64,000 nt of DNA. Origin: an uncultured delta proteobacterium. GTDB lineage: Bacteria; Myxococcota_A; Polyangia; Haliangiales; Haliangiaceae. The DNA lies in NCBI GenBank assembly GCA_963743525.1, contig CAVUQH010000003.1, positions 256,001 to 320,000 of the forward strand, written 5' to 3'. Of the stretch, positions 24,881 through 33,260 are shown in pieces. The position numbers and the translations under genes are program-made. The notes beneath the pieces are model-generated. The model saw only the letters and a program-made list of their open reading frames with translations. It was not told the DNA's origin and searched no databases. Positions within the stretch are counted from its first letter, which is position 1; each line of letters begins with the position of its first letter.

Positions 24881-26335
24881 ATGACTGCGGCCATTGGACA
24901 TCGTCTTCGGGAGCTTCGCCTGGAAAAGGGGATCGGTCAGGCCGAGCTCGCCCGCGATCTGGAGATCTCGCCCGCCTATCTCAGCCTGCTCGAGAAAGGC
25001 CGCCGGACCATGCAGTTTCCCTTGCTGCTCCGCGCCCTCGAGCTAATGGCGGTGCCGCTGGAAGGGTTCATGGCCGAGGTCGGCGGCGAGCATCCCGACG
25101 ACGTCCTCGCGCAGATGCTCGACGATCCGCTGGCCAAGACCCTGGAGCTGTCCGACAGCGACGTCGCCCGCCTGCGCGCCGAGCCGCGGGTGGCGACGAC
25201 CATCGCCGCGCTGTTCCACCTGTACAAGAACGCCCGCGCCCAGCTCGACACCGCGCTGTCTCGGCTCGAGGCCGACGACCCGCCATCGCCCGTGGGCTAC
25301 GCCCCGGGCGACGAGGTCACCGACTTCCTGCAGGACAACCGCAACTACTTCCCCGAGCTCGAGGAGCGGGTCGCCGCCATCCGCCGCGACGCCGACCTGC
25401 CGCGCCGCTTCGTCTCCGAGCAGCTCGCGGCGCTGATGCGCGATCGCCTGGGCTTCGACGTGCGCATCGATCCGCCGTCGGGCGCGTCGTCGGTGGTGCG
25501 CACCTTCGACCGCGAGCGCAAGCACTTGCGCCTGTCGTCGAGCCTGTCGGAGGCGGCGCTCAAGTTCCAGCTCGGCCACGTCATCGGCCTCACGGTGCTC
25601 GACGAAACCGGCCTGCACGAGCGGCTGCTCGACGCCACCACGTTCCACCACTCGGAGACCCCGAGGCTCATCAAGATCCACCTGGCCAACTACTTCGCCG
25701 GCGCGTTGCTCCTGCCCTACGACGACTTCTTTGCCGAGGTCGAGCGCAGCCGCTACGACGTCGACAAGGTCGCGACCGCCTTCGAGTCGAGCTACGAGAC
25801 CGTAGCCCACCGCATGTGCAACCTGGCCGATCCGCGCCGCCCGGGGGTGCCGCTGCACTTCCTCCGCGTCGACGTCGCCGGCAACATCAGCAAGCGCTAC
25901 TCGGCCAGCGGCATGCGCTTTCCCCACAGTCACGGCTCGTGCCCCAAGTGGGCGGTGCACGCCGCCTTCCTGACGCCGGCGGTGATCAGCCGGCAGTTCT
26001 CGGTGATGCCCGACGGCAAGCTGTTCTTCTGCTTCGCCAAGGTGATCACCGACCCGGCAGCCGGCTCGCTGGTGCGCGGCACCATCTACGCCATCGGTCT
26101 GGGCACCAACGCCGAGCACGCCGACAAGCTGGTCTACGCCGACGACCTGCCGCGGCCCGACCCGCGCAACCCGACCCGACTGGCGGTGCCGGTCGGCGTC
26201 ACCTGTCGCTTCTGCGAGCGCACCGACTGCAACCAGCGCGCGGCGCCCAGCTACAAGTTCGCCTTCACCGTCGACGAGAACGTGAAGAAGGAGAACTTCT
26301 TCAGCCCGCTGACCGACGCCGACGGGCGGCGCTGA
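24881..26335 (+). CDS. Short-chain fatty acyl-CoA regulator (RamB/PrpR/ScfR family; XRE HTH)
   Basis: N-terminal HTH QAELARDLEISPAYLSLLE, NYFPELE, LANYFAGALLLPY, RVDVAGNISKR, GSCPKW, C-terminal CRFCERTDCNQRAAP. Confidence 0.92.
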   Translation: MTAAIGHRLRELRLEKGIGQAELARDLEISPAYLSLLEKGRRTMQFPLLLRALELMAVPLEGFMAEVGGEHPDDVLAQMLDDPLAKTLELSDSDVARLRAEPRVATTIAALFHLYKNARAQLDTALSRLEADDPPSPVGYAPGDEVTDFLQDNRNYFPELEERVAAIRRDADLPRRFVSEQLAALMRDRLGFDVRIDPPSGASSVVRTFDRERKHLRLSSSLSEAALKFQLGHVIGLTVLDETGLHERLLDATTFHHSETPRLIKIHLANYFAGALLLPYDDFFAEVERSRYDVDKVATAFESSYETVAHRMCNLADPRRPGVPLHFLRVDVAGNISKRYSASGMRFPHSHGSCPKWAVHAAFLTPAVISRQFSVMPDGKLFFCFAKVITDPAAGSLVRGTIYAIGLGTNAEHADKLVYADDLPRPDPRNPTRLAVPVGVTCRFCERTDCNQRAAPSYKFAFTVDENVKKENFFSPLTDADGRR

Positions 26336-26338
26336 TCG

Positions 26339-26740
26339 CTACTCGGTGATCAGGCGCGGCTTGGTCGGCTCGTCGTCGAGCTGATGCCGCGGCGTGCCGC
26401 CCGACAGGCGCCGGACCACGGCGTCGAGATCGCCGGGCGAGCACGGCTTGGTCAAGAACGCGGCGGCGCCGATGCGCGCCGACACCGACGGTGCGTCGGG
26501 CGATGCCGACACCAGCACCAGCGGCGGAGCGTCGGGCAGGCGCTCGAGCTCGTCGACCAGGTCATCCATTTCGCTGCCGGCGCCGTCAACCACGACCACG
26601 TCGATGCCACCGCCCCGCACCTGTGCGGCTCCCGCGCTGGCGGCGTCAACGGCGATCACGGTGTGGCCGGACGACTCGAAGGTCACCCGCCACACCTCCC
26701 CGAGCTCCGGATCGCCTTGCAGGACCAGGACGGTGCTCAC
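26339..26740 (-). CDS. Single-domain response regulator receiver
   Basis: VVVVD phosphosite, LVLVS, FLTKP; acidic pocket atypical (QGD). Confidence 0.8.
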   Translation of the reverse strand: MSTVLVLQGDPELGEVWRVTFESSGHTVIAVDAASAGAAQVRGGGIDVVVVDGAGSEMDDLVDELERLPDAPPLVLVSASPDAPSVSARIGAAAFLTKPCSPGDLDAVVRRLSGGTPRHQLDDEPTKPRLITE

Positions 26741-26819
26741 CCGAGGAGCGTACCGCCCGGGCCCTGCAGGGGAAAGCCTCGGCAACCCCAACCTGACTCC
26801 AGGCCGCCGCAAAGGGCTG

Positions 26820-28175
26820 CTATTGCCCGACAGGTGCCTTGTTGTCCGACGTGCGCACGAAGGTCTGGGTGAAGTCGTCGATGTGGAAATCCTCGACGTC
26901 GAGCGGACCGTCGAATGCCGACACCTGCAGGTCGTAGGTGCTGGGCAGCGGGTCCGGCGAGATGCCGGGCAGCGTGAAGCTGGTGCGGCCGTCGAGCAGC
27001 GCGCCGCCCCACACCTCGCCGCTGGTAGTGCGCATGGAGAAGGTGTGCAGCGCGGCGCCGTCGACCGGAGTGAACGAATACTCGCCGCCGGACTCGGCCA
27101 GGCTGCTCGGCAGCGGCAGCCACGGCCCTAGATCGATGCCGCCGGCCAGATCGGTGATGTCGCGCTTGATGATGCCCGTCAACGGGTCGCTGTCGCCGCT
27201 GTTGCCCATCTGCGCGAACGCGATCGCCTGGTAGCTGTCGCCGTCGAACATGCCCGACAGCGCCGGCAGTGTGACCGTGCCGGCGGAGCCGTCCTGCAGG
27301 ATGCTGACCATGGCGATGCCTTCGTCGCCCAGATCCAGCCCCATGATCACGCCGGTGCTGTTGGTCAGCCCGCTCGGTGGGGTGTCGCTGGTGACGTCAA
27401 CGTCGGTCTGCGCGGCGACGTCGAGCATGTCCAGCGACAGGCCGGACTGGGCGACGCCGTCCTCGACGGTGACACCCAGCTTGAAGGCGAAGCCGATCAC
27501 CGTGGTGGTGTCGTCGGTGTTGCTGGCGGTGCCCTTGGTGTCGAGATCGAGGATGATGGCGAACAGCGCCACCTTGCCGGTGCGCGAGATCAGGCTCCAG
27601 TTGCAGTTCGATCCCAGCAGCGACTTGGTGCACGCGTTGGCCGGGATCATGTTGACCGTCGGCTGCTGGATGTTGTTCTCGGGATCGCCCAGGTTGCGGG
27701 TGTACGAGTACGAGACCACGCCGATGGTGACGTGGTTGGTCGCCGGCTCGGGCAAGCTGTCCCAACCGGCGATGGTGCCGGTGAGCGTCGACTTGGCCAC
27801 GTTGGCCGCGGTGCCCGACGACAGCGGAATGGTGATGTTGGCGCCGTTGGCGCCGAACCAGGTCTGCGCCGGGTAGCCGTCCGCCGCCACGGTGACGGTG
27901 GTCGGGCCGTCGAGCGAGCCGTCGTCCACGGTGTACAGGCCGGACGAGTCGGTCACGCCCTGGAACGGATCGGAGCCGGGCTCGCCGACGTAGACGTCGG
28001 CGCCGGAGATCGGCTGGTCGGTGTCGCTGTCGATGACGTAGACGTTGACGCGGCCGGCGATGGCGCCGCTGCCGAGACCGCCACCGGCGATCAGTTGCGG
28101 GTCCACCAGGTTTTGATCGTTTCCACAGGCGGCGGCCAGCAGCGTGGCAGCCGCGATCCAAGCGATGCGCTTCAT
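26820..28175 (-). CDS. Exported lipoprotein with carboxypeptidase-regulatory-like/Ig-like domain
   Basis: Lipobox LAAAC; VYVIDSDTDQPISGADV...GVTDSSG...TVTVAADGY. Confidence 0.75.
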   Translation of the reverse strand: MKRIAWIAAATLLAAACGNDQNLVDPQLIAGGGLGSGAIAGRVNVYVIDSDTDQPISGADVYVGEPGSDPFQGVTDSSGLYTVDDGSLDGPTTVTVAADGYPAQTWFGANGANITIPLSSGTAANVAKSTLTGTIAGWDSLPEPATNHVTIGVVSYSYTRNLGDPENNIQQPTVNMIPANACTKSLLGSNCNWSLISRTGKVALFAIILDLDTKGTASNTDDTTTVIGFAFKLGVTVEDGVAQSGLSLDMLDVAAQTDVDVTSDTPPSGLTNSTGVIMGLDLGDEGIAMVSILQDGSAGTVTLPALSGMFDGDSYQAIAFAQMGNSGDSDPLTGIIKRDITDLAGGIDLGPWLPLPSSLAESGGEYSFTPVDGAALHTFSMRTTSGEVWGGALLDGRTSFTLPGISPDPLPSTYDLQVSAFDGPLDVEDFHIDDFTQTFVRTSDNKAPVGQ

Positions 28176-28276
28176 AAGCTAAATCCTCCCGAACGGGTTG
28201 CCGGGAGCGTACCACTGCCGCCGACGGCGGAGACGTGATCGGCGCCGCCGCGAACGGCACCACGAGCGAGCCGGGC

Positions 28277-31200
28277 TCAGTCGCCGGTTCGGGTGATGGT
28301 GCGGGCGATACCCTCTTCCCAGCCGACTTCCTGGGCCAGGACTCGGGCTTCGTGCAGGCTCTCGGGCGAGATGCGGCGGATCGTCCGCGTCGGCGTCACG
28401 CCGTGGAGCAACAGCTCGGCGGTGCCGCGCCGATCGCCCAGCCGGCGCATCTCGTCGACCGCCGCCTGCCGGTAGCTCTCCGCCCGAGACATGTCGCGCA
28501 AGCGCTCGAAGTGGGCGGCCAGCATCGTCTGCACCCGGGCGCTGCCGACGCGCGACTGGACCCGCTTGGCGTGGCGCAGCGCCGACTCGCCGAACCGCTG
28601 GGCGTGCTGGTGGTGATCGAGCGCGGCGTGGAGCTGGGCCATGCGCAGAAGCAGGCGCCACAGGTTTTCCGGGCCGTTGTCACCTTCGGGTCCTTCGCCC
28701 AGAGTGACCATGTTGACCGCTTCCTCGAGCTCGAACGAGGCGATGCTCGAGCGCGCGTCGCGCAGCAGCATCGACGACAGATCGAGGTACAGGTCGCACA
28801 GGAGCTCGATGCGGCCGGTGGGAATCGTCTGGCCGATCGCCCGGCGAATGGTGGCGACGGCGTCCTCGGTGTTGCCCTCGGTCAGCGACAGGTGGGCCGA
28901 CGCCCGAAGCAGCTGGGCGGCCAGGGCTGGAGCGTCGTGGCAGTGGCCTTTGGCCTCTTCGACCACGCCGCGGGCCAGCCCGACCTCGCCGCCGATGCGC
29001 AGCGACTCGGCCAGCTTCACCGACAGGGTGACGAAGCGCATGCGGCTGTCTTCGTCGTTGGTGGCCAGCATCAGCCGTCGCGCTGCCGACAACCCGCGCT
29101 GGTACAGCCGCGAGGCGCCGACGTCGTCGAAGCTGTGCACCGCGATGTCGCCGGCCTGACCGAGCAGGTCGGCCGCAGTCTCGAGATCGCCGGCCAGGTC
29201 GTGGTGGTAGCCGACCACCGACGGATCGGCGAGCGCGCCCTGCAGCGCCAGCGCAGCCGCCGAATGCAGCGTGCGGCGAACGTCGGCGGGCGTGGCGTCG
29301 TAGATCACGTCGCGCACGAGCTGCGCGGTGAAGGCGATGACCGGAGCCTCCTCGGTCAATACGCCGCGCGCGACCAGCAGCGCCAGCGCCTCGTCCAGCG
29401 CTTCGTCGCCGATCTCGGCCGCCAGCGTCAACTCGAGAATGTGGCGCAGGACCTCGCCGCCGAACACCGACGCCGCCTGCGCGACCAGCAGAGCCTGCCG
29501 CGGCAACAGCGACAGGCGGGCGTCGATCAGATCGGCCTCGGTTTCGGGCGCCTCGTCGGCACCGCCGCCCTCGTGGAGGAATCGCAGCATCTGCTCGACG
29601 GTCAACGGTACTCCGCCGGTGATCTCGATCAGCCGTTCGCGGCCGTCGCCGTTGGCCAGATCGAGGGTCGCCGCGTGGTCGAGCAACAGGCCGACCATAT
29701 CCGGCGCCAGCGGCGTCACATCGAGGCGCGCCACCCGAGGACCCCAGCGATTGGCGAACTCGGGGCCGTTGGTGACCAGGATGCGCAGCGGGTCGTCCTC
29801 GTTGGCGGTCTCGGTCAGCCGGCGCAGCAGCTCCTGACTGGGGTTGTCGTACTGATCGGCGTCCTCGAACAACAGCAGCGCGCGCCCGCAATCGCCGGCC
29901 GCGCGCAGGACGCGAGTGGTCGACGCCAAAAGCTCGCGGCGGCGGACCGGCGGCTCGAGTTGGAACAGCTCGCCCTCGTGGCCGAACAGCTCGCCGATGC
30001 CCGGCAGGTCGCGGCGCGACAGTCCCTTGAGCTCGAGCGCCGCGTGCAGCTGCTCGTAGGTGCAGACCGGGGGCAGCTCGAGGATGGCCGCGACGATGGC
30101 GCGGATGGGATAGAACGGCGACGCCAGGCCGCTGGGATCGGCGAAGGCGGCGTAGATGATGACGTCGTCGATTCGCGCGCAGGCCTCGCGGACGAGGCGC
30201 GTGCGCCCGCCGCCCGGCTCGGAGACCAGCTGCATCGCCCCGCGATCGGTGTTGCCGCGGACGAACGCCAGCAGCTGATTCATCTGCTCGTCGCGACCGA
30301 CGAACGGCAACGGGAACAGACCGCCGGCGCTGGCGTCGCGCTGGAGCAACGGCTCGGGACGAGGCAGCGGCGTGGTCTTGCTGCGACTGCCGCGCGGGTG
30401 GCCGCACTCGGGGCAGAATTTGAACGACTTGGCCGCGCGCGCGCCGCACTCGTCACACAGCACTTCGTCGCCGGCCGGGGTGACGCGCGGCTGCACGGCA
30501 TCGGCGATGGCCCGGCGAAAGTCGGACGCGTCGGCGAAGCGCTCGCGCGGCGTCTTGGCCAGGGCTCTCAGGGCGATCTCTTCGAGTCCCGGGTCGACGT
30601 CGTGGGCGATCGCGCCGGGGCCCGCGCGCTTGCTCGGCGGCACCGGCGGCTCTTTGATCTGCCGGGTCAGCACGTCGACGATGCGCGTCGAGTCGCCGAA
30701 CGGGGTCATGCCGGCGAGCAGCTCGTACAGCACCACGCCGACCGCGTACAGGTCGCTGGCGACGGTCGGCTCGCGGCCGGTGATGATCTCCGGCGCCATG
30801 TACTCGGGCGTGCCGCAGATGGTCTTGTCGGACTCGTCGCGCTGGGTCACGCCGAGGATCCGCGCGACTCCGAAGTCGACCACCTTGACCAGGTCCCAGC
30901 CGCCGCGGCGCCGTTCGACGATGATGTTGTCCGACTTGAGGTCGGCGTGGATGACGCCGGAGGCGTGGGCCTCCTCGAGCCCCGACAGGATCTGCGACAC
31001 CATGTCGCCGATCCGCGCGGTCGGCAGGGGCATCTGTGACTGCACCAGTTGGGTCAGCGTCTTGCCGCGGAGGAACTCCATCACCAGATAGAGCAGGCCG
31101 TCGGGCGTCTGCCCGTAGTCGATGATCGAGACGGTGTTGGGGTGGTTGAGCCGCGAGGCGGCCAGCGCTTCGTCCTGGAAGCGAGCGACGATCTTCGGAT

Positions 31201-31375
31201 CGGCGGCCAGCTCCGGCCGCAGTACTTTGACCGCCACGGTGCGACCGAGCGCCATCTGGTCGGCCTGGTAGACCGCACCGGACGCACCCAGCCCGACGCA
31301 TCGACGGATGCGGAACTTTTCCGCGATCACCCGATCGATCAGATCGTGGTGGAAGCTTTCGCTGCTGGTGCCCAT
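28277..31375 (-). CDS. Ser/Thr kinase fused to zinc ribbon, degenerate P-loop (STAND-like) NTPase and TPR-like helices
   Basis: GLGASGAVY, VAVK, HADLKSDN, DFG, GTPEYMAPE; CDEC...CPEC; PFVGRDEQ, EPGGGRT, LLFEDAD; helical C-terminus. Confidence 0.88.
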   Translation of the reverse strand: MGTSSESFHHDLIDRVIAEKFRIRRCVGLGASGAVYQADQMALGRTVAVKVLRPELAADPKIVARFQDEALAASRLNHPNTVSIIDYGQTPDGLLYLVMEFLRGKTLTQLVQSQMPLPTARIGDMVSQILSGLEEAHASGVIHADLKSDNIIVERRRGGWDLVKVVDFGVARILGVTQRDESDKTICGTPEYMAPEIITGREPTVASDLYAVGVVLYELLAGMTPFGDSTRIVDVLTRQIKEPPVPPSKRAGPGAIAHDVDPGLEEIALRALAKTPRERFADASDFRRAIADAVQPRVTPAGDEVLCDECGARAAKSFKFCPECGHPRGSRSKTTPLPRPEPLLQRDASAGGLFPLPFVGRDEQMNQLLAFVRGNTDRGAMQLVSEPGGGRTRLVREACARIDDVIIYAAFADPSGLASPFYPIRAIVAAILELPPVCTYEQLHAALELKGLSRRDLPGIGELFGHEGELFQLEPPVRRRELLASTTRVLRAAGDCGRALLLFEDADQYDNPSQELLRRLTETANEDDPLRILVTNGPEFANRWGPRVARLDVTPLAPDMVGLLLDHAATLDLANGDGRERLIEITGGVPLTVEQMLRFLHEGGGADEAPETEADLIDARLSLLPRQALLVAQAASVFGGEVLRHILELTLAAEIGDEALDEALALLVARGVLTEEAPVIAFTAQLVRDVIYDATPADVRRTLHSAAALALQGALADPSVVGYHHDLAGDLETAADLLGQAGDIAVHSFDDVGASRLYQRGLSAARRLMLATNDEDSRMRFVTLSVKLAESLRIGGEVGLARGVVEEAKGHCHDAPALAAQLLRASAHLSLTEGNTEDAVATIRRAIGQTIPTGRIELLCDLYLDLSSMLLRDARSSIASFELEEAVNMVTLGEGPEGDNGPENLWRLLLRMAQLHAALDHHQHAQRFGESALRHAKRVQSRVGSARVQTMLAAHFERLRDMSRAESYRQAAVDEMRRLGDRRGTAELLLHGVTPTRTIRRISPESLHEARVLAQEVGWEEGIARTITRTGD

Positions 31376-31511
31376 TCCCAATCGTCGCCCTGGTTCCCTA
31401 CCTGGCCCCGGGGCAGTCAATCATAATGGATGACGGGAGCCAACGGCGGCACCTGGTTTCACGGCCAGGGTTGGCCCCGTAGGCCAGTACAGGTCGAAGG
31501 TTCGACCAGAC

Positions 31512-32717
31512 CTAGACTCGCTCGAAGATCGACGCGATTCCCTGGCCGACGCCGATGCACATGCTGGCCAGCCCGTAGCGGGCTTTGCGCTCGGTCAGCT
31601 CGTAAATCAGCGTCAGTACGAGGCGGGCTCCCGAGGCGCCCAGCGGATGTCCCAGGGCAATGGCGCCGCCGTTGACGTTGACCCGTTCTGGATCGATCCC
31701 GATCTCGGCCATACACGGAATCGCCTGCGCGGCAAAAGCCTCATTGATTTCAGCAACATCAATATCGGCGATGGGCAGCCCGGCGCGCTTCAGGGCGGCC
31801 CTGGACGATGGGATCGGGCCCAGACCCATGGTGCTCGGCTGAACTCCCGCCACCGCCGAGGTCACGTACCGGGCCATCGGCGTCAGCCCCAGCTCCTTGA
31901 CCGCCTTCTCGCTGGCGACCAGCAGGGCGGCGGCGCCGTCGTTGATGCCCGACGCGTTGCCGGCGGTGACCGTACCGTCCTTGGCGAACACCGGGCGCAG
32001 CTTGGCCAGCCCCTCGGCGGTCACCGCTCGCGGGTGCTCGTCGACCGAGCAGATGATCGGCTGCTTGGTCTTGCGGTCAACGCCGGTCTGGATCGGCACC
32101 ACCTCGCGCGCCAGACGTCCGGACTCCAGCGCCCGCGCCGCCTTCTGCTGCGACTTCAGCGCGAACGCATCCTGCGCCTCGCGCGACACCTTCTTCTCGG
32201 CGGCCACTCGCTCGGCGGTCTGGCCCATGCCCAGGGTCTCGTGCAGCTCGTCCATGCGCGGATTGACGAACCGCCAGCCCAGGGTCGTGTCGTACATCTG
32301 CTGGTTGCCGCGCACGTACGCCTCGGGCGGCTTGCCCATGACCAGCGGCGCGCGGGTCATCTGCTCGACGCCGCCGGCGACGATCAGGTCCGCCTCGCCG
32401 GTGAGGATCAGCCGGGCGGCGTCGCACACTGACTGCATGCCCGAGCCGCACAGTCGGTTGACCGTCACCCCCGGCACGCTGACCGGCAGCCCACCGAGGA
32501 GCAGGCCCATGCGCGCGACGTTGCGGTTGTCCTCGCCCGCCTGGTTGGCGCAGCCGAAGATGACGTCGTCGATCCGCTCGGGAGGAATGCCGGTTCGTTT
32601 CACCAGCTCGGCGATCACGTGACCGGCCATGTCGTCGGCGCGAACCGCGGAGAGGGCGCCGCGGTGGCGGCCGAACGGAGTGCGGAGACCATCGATTACA
32701 TAGGCGGCGGTGCTCAT
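31512..32717 (-). CDS. Acetyl-CoA C-acyltransferase (thiolase, PcaF/PaaJ-like)
   Basis: GCANQAGEDNRNVARM, NRLCGSG, NEAFA, GHPLGASG, MCIGVGQG. Confidence 0.95.
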   Translation of the reverse strand: MSTAAYVIDGLRTPFGRHRGALSAVRADDMAGHVIAELVKRTGIPPERIDDVIFGCANQAGEDNRNVARMGLLLGGLPVSVPGVTVNRLCGSGMQSVCDAARLILTGEADLIVAGGVEQMTRAPLVMGKPPEAYVRGNQQMYDTTLGWRFVNPRMDELHETLGMGQTAERVAAEKKVSREAQDAFALKSQQKAARALESGRLAREVVPIQTGVDRKTKQPIICSVDEHPRAVTAEGLAKLRPVFAKDGTVTAGNASGINDGAAALLVASEKAVKELGLTPMARYVTSAVAGVQPSTMGLGPIPSSRAALKRAGLPIADIDVAEINEAFAAQAIPCMAEIGIDPERVNVNGGAIALGHPLGASGARLVLTLIYELTERKARYGLASMCIGVGQGIASIFERV

Positions 32718-32773
32718 GGGCGGAGCCTAGCCGAAAACTGGCCGCGCGAAAGGGCCGGGCCTACGCTGGCGTC

Positions 32774-33217
32774 ATGTTGGTGGGCGAGCAGGATCTGGCA
32801 ATGGCGCCGGTGCCCGACGCCGGCGCAGTGGGCTGGTTCGCGGCCCGCCAACCGGGGGTGGTCCGTTTCCTCGAGGAGCGGCTCCTGGTCGGCGACGGCG
32901 ATGCCTTCGGCGTGGCGCTGGAGACCGCCTGGCGCATCTGCACCGCGTTCGAGCTTCGACAGGGAGTGCCGCCGCCGCGGGTGCCGCGCACGCTGCTGGA
33001 GCGGGCCGAGACCGCGGTCTTGCGCGAGGCCCGGCATCCGGGGGCGTATGCCGACGGATGCGCGGCGCGGCAGCCGGCGCTGTGCACCTGGTTGGCCCAT
33101 GTGATCGACACCCCACCGGTGCCGCTGGCCGCGGACGAGAAACGGGCCGCGGGCGCCTGCCTGGCGGCCATCGTCTACGCGCTGGACGAGCTGACCACCG
33201 GCCGGCAAGTTCCGTAG
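32774..33217 (+). CDS. Hypothetical helical protein (apparent homolog of 35959..36585 without SEC-C)
   Basis: 147-aa ORF with a TACGCT box 6 nt upstream; duplicated ARQP motif. Confidence 0.7.
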   Translation: MLVGEQDLAMAPVPDAGAVGWFAARQPGVVRFLEERLLVGDGDAFGVALETAWRICTAFELRQGVPPPRVPRTLLERAETAVLREARHPGAYADGCAARQPALCTWLAHVIDTPPVPLAADEKRAAGACLAAIVYALDELTTGRQVP

Positions 33218-33260
33218 CAGGCTCGGCCGTCACCGCTCGCGGGTGTATTCTGCGAGATCG

